Assembly: GCA_000934665.2 (NCBI GenBank)
Contig: KZ538406.1
Coordinates: forward strand, 1 to 64,000
From: Catajapyx aquilonaris
Lineage: Eukaryota
Direction of reading: 5' to 3'
Length of the DNA: 64,000 nucleotides
The position numbers and the translations under genes were made by a program. Positions within the stretch are counted from its first letter, which is position 1; every line of letters begins with the position of its first letter. The notes under the pieces were generated by a model that saw only the letters and a list, made by a program, of their open reading frames with translations, had not been told where the DNA came from and searched no databases. Positions 49,301-60,200 of the stretch are shown piece after piece.

Positions 49301-50729
49301 CCTCATTGCGTCCTTGGGGTGGGCACCTCTAGTACTGTGTAGCAAGTTACCTGACCCTGATGCAAGATTTAGCTCATCCATTTAGTACCTAAGCACAGCA
49401 TCATTCTCAGTAGATCTTGCGTTGCAAAAAATATAATCGCGTAAATTATACTTAAAGTTTCATCAATTTCTTTGACACTTTGAATTAGTATTTTTATGGC
49501 ATATAATTTCTCATTCATTATGAGGTGCACTGCAACTAGACAGCAGCGAGAATTAAGTGTAAAGCTTGATTCAAGGCATGACCAACGCAAGTATACTATT
49601 GTGAGATTGGCAATGGTGCCTCATTACATCTTGGTGCCAGAATGAGCGGAACTGAAGGATTTGGAATGGTCAGGTGAACAAATGATGCGATGGAGGACAT
49701 CTGCCATCAATCATTATTTTTATTATCGCATTGAAACACTCAAGGATTAAATGCATGTCATCATTGGAGAAGATGTTGGCGCCCTTCAAAAGTGTGAAGA
49801 TGCATTTGTAAGAGACTGACTTCCGCGAGTCTCCAAATGCAACGCAGCCAGACATTTTCAGACTAGGCCAAGACCGATTGGCTGACACCTATATACCGTA
49901 TGGCGTATGTTTTCAGTGTGCAATGTCTAAATATTGGCACTGACCTGTAAAACCTACAACTTCCATCTTGGGTGTGATACAGTTGCCCGCTTGCAATGGG
50001 CAACTGAATATTGCAGGGGTGGTATGCAGTAGCTGACAACTGCATTGTTGTCGAATACACAAGGTACATAGTTCTAATATTGCATGCCAATCATAGAAAA
50101 CTGAAAAGGCATGCTCAATTGTTGCGGAACAACAGCTGATGAGTAATTTCTGTGGAATTGGCAAGGTCGTACTAGCAATGAGTATATAGACACTGGTGGG
50201 TGGTGGCAATAAAATTTTGCTTTCCTTAGGAGATAGATCCCTTACAAACATTGCTGTCCCCATTTTCGTAACGAATACTTATTTCATGAGACTATGTGCT
50301 GTACTTGTTTAGTAATTCAGAATCTACACGAAGGGTGAATTATATTAGAATCTTGTACGTTTATAGCCTCTGCACATGTAATAACGTTGTGCAATCTTTG
50401 TTGTCAACATCCCCCACCCCTACTCTTCTGCTCGGACGTAACTGGTAGGTGTTAGCCCATGTTGTTATAATTTTTTTTTGTGATTGATCAAAGTCTTTCC
50501 ATAAAACATTAGCTACGTGTAGGTTGTTGTTTATGTAGTGCACGAGCTGTGCACACGTGGTGAGCTGTGTTGGGAAACAATTGGCATTTATAAGGCAGGA
50601 AGTGGTGCGATCGGGTGTGACACTTATTTTTATGGGGAATAGGAAAAGGTGTCATGGTGACAAATGCGAAAGAATTAATTTGTGTGCTTTATTCTTCCAT
50701 CCAGCACGTTGTTTGCAGTTGAAGAGAAG

Positions 50730-52283
50730 ATGAAGCTACTGCAGTTTGTGCTCCTACTTTTCTCCCTCGCCGAAGGTAATTTTACTGTGCCGCATTACGG
50801 CCTATTTTAGAGTAATTACCCCCACACTGGGGGGAGGGGGGCAGACAGTTTTTCCAAGTAAAGCTGTTACGCAACTGTTGACTGAAGAGTGCAATTTTGC
50901 ATTATTGTGCTACATTCCTGAGAATTGCGGTGGATCAGCAATGAACCTGGGTTGAATTGCTGGCATGCATGTGTAATTACGTATTTTAAATTATAAGTTA
51001 TATCAAGTTGAAGAGAACGCAAAATTTCGTTTCTCCTAATTGCTCGAAGCATTAGGGTAGGTTTCACGATAATGGACAGAAGTCTTATTTCTGAAGGCCA
51101 ACCTTGCAAGAATATTACAGTAACCTGAAATCACGTAATAAAGATGCCCGACTTTAGCTTGTGCACATGTTCAAGGTCCATGCATACTCATCAGTAAACT
51201 ACAACATGAAAGTAAAGTAATATATTGCATAACAGACTGTAATAATGAATCCTGATGACAATAGGGACCAGGGCCTGTATTACTGAAATAATGTTTGTGA
51301 CGAGTAAAAATAATTTTCCAGGTATCAGAGGCGACCTCCCATGCATAGCACGTTACCTGGGAGAAGAAAGCTTCGTGTGTGTTTGCAATGCCACTTACTG
51401 CGATGATCTGGAAGAACCTTCCAAAGTGCCAAAGGGACAGCTGCTCGTCTACTCTTCCGATCAACACAGATTCCGTTACTACAAAGAGGTTTTCAGTTTC
51501 AACGAATCTCAGCTTGTCCCTCATATGCCATCAGGTAACTTTGCATATAATGTGCTATGCCACGTACAGGATGTTTCAGCTTATTTGCTCCATTAATGGT
51601 ACCAAAGCTCTGAAGCTATAATCTATACTTTTTATTATAATTCAATGTTGATCTCTCAATGGGGCAAAATTAAATTAAATAAATAAATAATTAATTAATT
51701 AATTCAATGACCTAATGCAACAAGGGACGAAGTACAAGGTAGACTGTCTAAGTAATTTCGACAAAAATGTGATTCTGATCGTTCCGCTTTTCAGTATTGC
51801 ATGAAAGCGCAAGGGCTGGAGATTGGCATAGAAGAGAGAGGTTAAGATGGCAATAGTGTGCAGAGGGGGTGTTCACAATATACAGTACTGCATTAGCTCG
51901 AATTAGGCCTATGAATTACTTAAGTACAGAGCATAACAGTGCTTTTACTTAACCTAATAAAATATTGAACATCATTTCTTAGTTCCACAGAAGCTCTGTG
52001 CATCAGTGACTGCTAATAGAAAGAAACGGTCATTCTGAAATATTGAAACGTAACAAGACAGTTCAGATGGATCACCCTCTTTAGCCCCAAGTCTGCACTG
52101 CAGCTGTCTAATAAATATTTCTTTTCCGAAGATGGCGCAGGAGCACTTCTCAAAATCGACCCAACCGTTACTTTTCAATCTCTGATTGGTTTTGGAGGAG
52201 CTTTTACTGATGCCACTGGAATTAACCTGATGGGTCTAAGCGAAGATGCCCGCAACAATGTCCTCAAGTAAACATTATTATTT

Positions 52284-52366
<83 letters not shown>

Positions 52367-54491
52367 TTTTATTTTTATTTAGGTCCTACTTTTCGGACAA
52401 CGGTGCTGCATACACTTTGTGCCGTGTGCCGATTGGTGGGACAGACTTCTCGGACAGACCTTACACATATCGAGATGCCATCGGTTTAGATCAACATCCT
52501 CCTTTTACTTTGCAAAAGGACGATCACAGATACAAGGTAAAAAAGAAAGAAATTTGAGGATGTCACAAACGGAATTAACTACTAATTTAAAAAGTCACGT
52601 TGCTCTAGATTCCGCTTATCCAACAAGCGATAGAATTGAGGGGCCAAAAACCTTTGAAGTTGTTTGCAAGTCCGTGGAGCGCGCCACCAGCTCTGAAGAC
52701 AAACTTTAATCATTTCGGGATGGGCTTCTTAAAATATGAATATTATCAAGAGTACGCCAATTATTTTATCGAGTAAGTATCGCGTGTATGAAATCGAGGC
52801 CACAAATATTATATTGCATTTTGTCCAGCTTCCTCTCAGCATATCAGCAACATGGAATAGACTTCTGGGCTGTGACGACCCAAAACGAGCCAACTAAAGG
52901 CTACATACCGTTCTTTCCGTTCAACTGCATGGGCTGGACACCTGAGCAGATGGCCAAGTTTGTGGCCAAAAACTTAGGCCCTACCTTGGCCAGATCTAAC
53001 TTTAGTTACGTCAAGATCATTGTACTGGACGACGACCGGATGATGATTCCTCTGTGGGTTGCACCCGTAAGTCATTTACCTTCACCTTTCATTATGCTGT
53101 TAATTAATAATATTGAACGTTACATGTCGCTTGTAGTTGTTCAGCTATCCTGGGGTGAAGGACTACGTGTACGGTGTTGGTCTGCATTGGTACTTCAACT
53201 TCATGACCCCAGCATACGTGCTAGATTACGCCAAATTAAATCTGATGGCTCCCAACCAAGTCCTGCTAGCAACGGAAGCCTGTGAAGGTCAATGCAACCA
53301 GCAAATATTATTAGAATTATTACAGTTAAAATAAGCACTTCTATACACTGTACTTTGCAGTAGTTATTTTAAATTGTTATCAAAAGCTTAGGTTCGATGC
53401 GAAGACAAAAGCAATGACGTCCAATGTGTGACACCAACTTTGTGTTAAAGGAAACATAACCTAGTTCCAAATTTCAGGATTTGTGAGCTTCCACAAGGTG
53501 TTGCTGGGTTCCTGGAGAAGAGGCGAAAACTACGCTCAGGATATTATTGAGGTAAAATGAGTTCACCTGGATATGGCAGGTGCCCGTTTTAGTCTGAGAT
53601 TTTTTCCAGCCTAAGTTGGTTACTGTGAGCAATTTTGTTTATTTTTATCGTCACATAACAGTTCCCTCTCCCCTTGAGTAGTGGGGGACAACCATGAAAC
53701 ATATATGTTGCAAGATTCATGTCCATATCTACATTTAAAAAAAAATACAAAGAAGACAAACGTTTTGAAACATTCTTAACATGTACTCATACATGGGGCA
53801 AATCTTTTAAGCAGTTACTTTGGAACAGTTTTTTAAAATAGATTTCTATAATTTGGAACTGCATTGCAATTCCAAGCTTGGACAGATAATTCGATTTCCC
53901 TATTGGCAGAAAATATACCGTTAATAGTATGCTACCTGTTCCAACTTCCAATGTACACGGGTGAAAAAAATCTGTCAGATAATACGAACACCTACCTTGG
54001 AAAGTGCAGTGGTGGGCACATTTACTGTTGGTTTTTGTGGCCGTCAGAACTTGAATCACTGGGTGTCGAGCTGGGTGGACTGGAACATGGCCCTGAACGC
54101 AACTGGAGGACCCAACTGGGCGGGTCTAGGGGCAGACTCGCCCATCATCGTCAACTCAACATCAGACGAGTTCTACCGTCAGCCTCTCTTCTACACCATG
54201 GCCCACGTGTCCAAGTTCTTCCTACCTGGATCTGTCCGAATCGGGACCACATTTGCCTTCGAAGGAGGGCCTTTGGAAGGAGTGGCCGTTCGCAGGCCGG
54301 ACAAGGCCATTGCCATATTCCTTCTCAATAAGTAAGAGACTTTGCCCTTTCACGCCTATACAGGATTGACATGCTCGCCTTTTCCCCTCAGGAACGATCA
54401 GGATGTACAAGTTGTGCTGCAGGATCCAGAAAGAGGAGTGGCCAAGTTTACTAGTTACAAGAGATCGATTCAGAGTGTACTTTATTGGTAG
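50730..54491 (+). CDS. GBA1: Lysosomal acid glucosylceramidase-like protein (GH30)
   Basis: Exons 50730-50775, 51322-51534, 52132-52267, 52383-52536, 52609-52772, 52829-53066, 53137-53287, 53478-53551, 54048-54331, 54392-54491. Signal peptide; VCVCNATYCD, GFGGAFTDA, RVPIGGTDFS, ASPWS, acid/base TTQNEP, LHWY, nucleophile ATEAC, WVDWNMAL. Confidence 0.95.
52285..52365. repeat. (TCA)27 microsatellite inside GBA intron 3
   Basis: 81 nt of perfect TCA repeat within intron 52268-52382. Confidence 0.98.
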
Positions 54492-55127
54492 GCTTAATTT
54501 TGAGTGCAAAGACAGATATTTTACCGTTTAGTCACCTGAGATTTGGTTTTTACTCAGGAATTAGTATTAGACTACACGAATTGGTTCCATGCCAGAATGA
54601 ACCATTAATATTTTAATGCCCTTTATTTTGTCTAACTTGGGCGGCTAAGTGCATTTCAATTTCTGTTCAAAACTGACATACAGACACATAGGCCTGCCGG
54701 CATGGTTCCATAATCTAGTCTGCTTATTTGCTATTTGTGTAATTAAAAAAAAAAAACTGACCCACACGAAGTAAATTTTTATACTGTAGTACCGTAAGTT
54801 ATGCATATTATTGACACGAGATTTAAAACACTACTCCATGATTAATGAGAAAATATAAACTAAATGTTATGGTTATTTATATACCGTCAATCAGATCCTA
54901 TAGTACACTCTGGCGGTATATGTTAAAGTTATTTTTTAGCCTGACGGAAGTATTCTCAATGTTATCAACATTTTGTAGATTACATCTCAAAGCACAAAGT
55001 TTTAGTCGTTACATATATGGGTCAGAAATCGTGCACTCAACTGGAATAATATTGTATTTATTTATTTTTGAATAAAGCCATATTTTATTTATCAAAGTGT
55101 AACAACTTCTGGTTATCAGGCGATGTT

Positions 55128-55620
55128 TCAATTCTGTTTCTTGCGAAATAGGTCGATAATTCGACGAACTGACTCGTGCTCTGCCACATCTTTCAGATGA
55201 GTGGCCGCCTGTTCAATTTTCTTGGCGTATTCACTTACGCGATCCAGAAAGTCTCTCAGGCCTCGTTTCTCTGACGGTAAAGAAAGAAATGTCAGGATTT
55301 TATCAGATAAAAACACATTAAAAATATTATAAAAGTCACCTCGCAGTGTATGAGCGCTCCTTTTATCCAAAGGAATGCCTCTGAGATCATTATCCAGCTT
55401 TTCGAGATCTGCGAGTGTATCTAGGTTATTGTCAGCAGACCTCTTCTCGAGTGACAGTGCTACAATAACAATGCAACAATATTACATAACATGTACGTAT
55501 ATTAATACCTTAAGTCTTAAAAAGACAGAACTGAAATCCGTACTCACCCGCTCCATTTCCCACATGTATCATCACCAGAGCAAACACAACCACAGCAATC
55601 CATACGTTTAATTTCGCCAT
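55128..55620 (-). CDS. Orphan secreted prepropeptide (111 aa): signal peptide, acidic propeptide, three KR sites, 44-aa amphipathic mature peptide
   Basis: Exons (-): 55620-55548 (G|gtgagt), 55459-55340 (ttgtag|..G|gtgact), 55270-55128 (cgtcag|). Both introns phase 1, total 336 nt. MAKLNVWIAVVVFALVMIHVGNGA-ALSLEKR-SADNNLDTLADLEKLDNDLRGIPLDKR-SAHTLREKR-GLRDFLDRVSEYAKKIEQAATHLKDVAEHESVRRIIDLFRKKQN*. TATA box upstream and AATAAA downstream (55089-55084, -). Confidence 0.85.
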
Positions 55621-55658
55621 GTTTGAAGTATGGATCTCAGGCAAAGAGAAACATGCAG

Positions 55659-55695
55659 CAGTGAGGTTGCTCCAAACCCTCTGTTCCTATTTATA
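55659..55695 (-). promoter_or_regulatory. TATA + Inr-like core promoter of the prepropeptide gene
   Basis: TATAAATA at 55695-55688 (-), TCACTG about 30 nt downstream (55664-55659), and the ATG in a CAAAC ATG G context at 55620. Confidence 0.65.
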
Positions 55696-57253
55696 CCTTT
55701 CCCTCGTGGAAAAACATTTCCGACATCCGGAGGAAATTGAGGTTTTTCGCAAAACGCGGTATAGGTCTATTGATAAAGAAAAGTGGCAGTCGGTGGAAAA
55801 TAATAATCTGGAACCGAGTTGATATTGGCTTGGGTTTGGCTCCGGGTGCTTGCGGTTTTCCTCGTTGTGGGTGCCGACAAGTTTATATCAGATGTCTTAG
55901 TATACCGGTCAGTAAACCTCAAGATATGATTTTACGAAAGAATGAATGTCCTGCAAAGTAGTAATTTCTCTCAGTTTATTCCCGTTTTCCCTGCAAAGAA
56001 TTAAACTCAAGGGGATGAACTCACTCTTGGTAATTGTTATTAATGATTTTTTAGCGGAAGTGTTCAAACGTCCGGAATTGTGTACATGTGGCCGATTTGC
56101 TCTGGAGACCAATTTATCCGTTGAAGCAACAATCATGGCCGCATTTTACTTGTCGTGGATTGTTGCTTCTTTTTAATCTTGTTGCTGGACTTTAGCAAAC
56201 TCAGATAGTGCAGCCTTCCCTCACCTTGGACTCGGAATTCGGATAGTGCAGCACAAACACTGACAAGAACTGCATGCATTAGTATTGTAAAATGATGCCA
56301 TTTGTATAGGCCACAACAGGGTGAGTCAAATTGAAACGTGTGGATGTGTACTTGTACCATGATAGGCTGTAGGCCTACTGAATAAAATGACGACACTGAA
56401 AACAATCTCTGACCTTCAGGTACGGACGTACGGTTATTGAGTTTGTGATCCACCACTGTGCAACATGTTAGATTACGTGCAACGACAGAACATGTCCTGT
56501 CTTCAAACACGATACACATCACCTTTGGACTGCCGGTGGCTGAGCAAGATGAAAATTAATATACATTACAGTAGTTATTAGAGCAGGTTGCTGTAACCAC
56601 TGCGAAACCTGAATCATTGGACGGTGAGTGCATAATGGTAAACGCGACATTCGTTCTCTGAAATAACTCCTCGAAACCGCGATCTTTTGCAGGTCAATCA
56701 TTCGTAAGTCTCGACTTTGTGACGCAGGCTCTGGGACGCTGCAGCATTGGGCAGAAGAGTATACAGCACCATATTGGCGTAATGCCATAATCATTGTTTA
56801 GACTAGAGGTGAGTTGAAATTGCACTTTGTAGTCAAATGCCATTGCATTGTACTATATAGGCCTACTGCGAAAAAATACTGCTCTCTTTCCGTCACTTGC
56901 TACATTGCCATGTCATTGTGCACACGATATTCATTCCTGCGACATGACCACTTATTATGATCATTCTAGAAGAGCACAATGGGCATGCGGTTGGAATTCA
57001 AAAGCAACAAATGGTTACAATACTATACTGCTGTTTTTCCTGCACAATACTTTTCTGTTCCCATGGAATAGGCGTCAATCAATCAGCTTAATTACAAATT
57101 TACAATCAAGTGTCATTTGCAATTATTATACCTACACATAATACGCGTATCGTCTCTGATCTGATAATTCTTGATTTATGCAGCACAGCATTGCAGATGT
57201 ATCAAGTAATAACACGATTTGCTTTCGTCCACAATATACGAAGGAAAACTTTA

Positions 57254-60200
57254 TTATGCGACTTCATCTGTAGGTTTTTCTTTCTTTCGCCTACAGCACT
57301 GGGAGCAAAATATATTCTTCAGTATCTTGTTCTTTCCTAAATCTCGTGCATCTGTTCTCTGGCCCTTTGCAAACACCAAAAATATCTGCTCCAAGGTGGT
57401 CTCACCCACCGAATAGTCCTCCACCAGGGGCCATCTCTCCTTTATACCCTCCAGTTGCCGAAACAGCGTGGACCAAGGAATCTTCGGATCCGTCACGTGA
57501 TAATGTAGAAATCCCTAAAAAGATACCGTATGTTTCAAACTAATAATTACGGAGATTCTAAGCACTGAAGTTCATTGCTAGAGATTTCATCAGTGGTGGA
57601 ATTTCACCTGGTTTTTATCCTTGAGGACGCACGGTGCGAGTTTGGTGAGTATTTCTGTTTCGAGAACCTCTTCGTCCTTCAGGGCATGAGGCAGCTCCAC
57701 CAGCATCGTCGGCCTCAGTTTGACCAGCACCGTGAAGCCCTGCCCAAACTTGTTCTTCAGCTGCTGGGGACTTCCCAAGCACTGGAACTGCCCGTTGACC
57801 ATGATGGCCACTCTCTGGCACAGCACTTCGCATTCCTCCATGCTGAAATTAAGGGACTGCTGGATCACACACCCCGATGGTTGATGGCAGAATATATTTC
57901 TTCTACCAATAATAATAATCACCTGTGCGACGTGAGCACAACGGCCTGCCCCAGCATCTGGATGTTAGCCAAGGCTTTCCAAAGCCTTCTCCTGGCCCTT
58001 GGATCCATCCCGCTGGTTGGTTCGTCCAGGAGAACCAGAGGGGGGTCGCCAACTAGCGCCATCGCCGTGCTGAGCTTCCTCTTGGTGCCTGAGCTGTACT
58101 GGCCGCACTGCTGGTCACAACTATCCTCGAGGCCTGCAACGTGCACAAGAAATGGCTATTTATCACCTGCTGCACCAATTGCATCCCCTGTTGTCAGCTA
58201 ACTTACCCAGGTATGCCAGCCATTTCTCAGCCTCGCCTTTCACTAAAGACCAGGGGACTCCTCTGAGGCTCGCAAACAGCTGCAACATCTCCTTCCCGGT
58301 CAGGGTGTCCACCAGCCCGTCGTACTGAGGACAATAACCGATGCTCCGGAGGTACTGCAGGTGCAGTTAAGACAAGGGACGGTTACAATGATCAGATGTT
58401 ATTTATCTGATGCAACTGACCTCTGAAGTTTGTCCCTTGAGGGAATAGCCCTGGACAACTGCGTTTCCCCTGGTGGGACGCATGTCCCCAGTCAGCATCC
58501 TGAACGTGGTGGTCTTCCCCGCTCCGTTGACGCCTAGCAACCCGAAGCACTCGCACAGGTCCACCCTGAACGACAGCCCCTGAACGGCCACCAGGGACCC
58601 AAAGGTCTTGGCCACGTCCTGGACCAGCAGAGCGTGCTTCTCTTCTGCTTCCTCTGGTTCTGACGACTTTCGGTGAAGGCTTTTCTTGGCCACCAGCTGC
58701 CTCTCCAGCCTGACCTCCTCCTCCAGCTCCGACTCTCCCATATCCACCGTGGTCCCCCTGTCCTTCAGCAGCATCTTCAGGGTGCGGCTGCCCTCCAGCA
58801 GCAGGACCAGCAGCATGTAGGCCGTGCCCAGGAGGAACATGTACACGATGCACTGCCCCGGAGCGGGTAGCTGTCGGTCGCTGGGCGTCTTCGTCTGTTC
58901 CTTTCCGCAAGTCTGTTCACCTCCGCCGGATCCTTCCACCGTCAATTTGCCCTGCAGCACTTCCCAATCCAGGTACTTGATGACCTCGTGGCAAGCGTGG
59001 CGATTCAGGCGGCAAAAGTTTTCTGGGGCACAGTAAGAGTTGCCAGTTAAGCTTTTACTCGCAGATAAGTCAAACGGTCTGTTCCATTTTTTTAAAGGTC
59101 CAAGTGACAAAATTATACTCATTCACAAAACATAATTATTGGAGATTTCCTCCTGACGATTTGATGCAACCAGCACTTTACGATAACATTATAGTGGCAT
59201 TGCAGGAACAGTAAAATTATAGCAAATACGTTTCGAAACATAACGAATCATTGACTATTATACAAGTGAGTGTATACGCATTAGCAACCACATACCGCAG
59301 CAGGAGTATATGGAGTTGGCAAACGCAATACTTCTGGGGCTCTGGCTGAAATCCTGATCGCACGTGCTGTTTAGGAATTTTTCGGTGTAGTATTTGCACT
59401 TGTTGTTCTTGGTGGCGATCTGGGAAAACCGAAGAAGTCCGTAGGAGACCAGGTAGGCAGGAAAGAGCTGGAAAATCCATCGCAGGATGTTTGCCACCAG
59501 GGCGTCGTTCTTGTCCTCCTCCAGGGTGAACACCACGTAGCACAGGACGGTACCTGGTTCCAGGTGGAGGTGACGACACGTCACACTGTTTACGTATGCA
59601 AGGTACCACTACACACCCTTATACTACAGGATTTTCTCTAGAGAGGCAGACAAACTGAAGAGTTTTGTAATGATTCTAGTAACAGAGCGACTTTCTCGCA
59701 TTTCTGTGATCATACCAATACAGTAACATACGTATTATTTTGAATATCGCAGACTACAGTCATTGAAAAGCTATATGGGCTTCTTTACGCAGTTTTACAG
59801 CTAGATCTCCCTATACACTCTGCACACCCGCACTCACCGCTGACAACATGCAACAAGCTAACCAGTCCCAGGGCTCCAGATACGCTCTTACTGAAGAAGC
59901 TGACCAGGTAGGAGAAAGCCAGGCTGCACCAGCTAAAGGTGAGGAGCAAGTAGAATATGCTACCTGTGCGATATAAAGGTACCACCTTGAAATGCCTATC
60001 GCAATGGGAAATTCATCGCAGCCTCCACCAATCCACGACTGGAAACAGTAGACTAAGTATTGTATACTGACCAAGGCCTTCGAAGTGGACGTATGTCCCG
60101 ATGTCGTCCATGAAGTAGATGACCAGGACGACCAGCACGTGGGTGAGCAGCACGAAGAGGGTGTCCCAGAAGAGCATCACCATCCAGTAGGTGACGGGCG

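Noticed and set aside
46600..50700. Possible extra gene between GILT3 and GBA
   Set aside because: Only short ORFs without motifs; may hold non-coding GBA 5' exons, but I cannot support a model.
52175..52557. Poly-Met and poly-Ser ORFs
   Set aside because: Translations of the intronic (TCA)27 repeat.
57575..58201. 208-aa + strand ORF
   Set aside because: Antisense to ABCA NBD2 exons; no independent coding signal.
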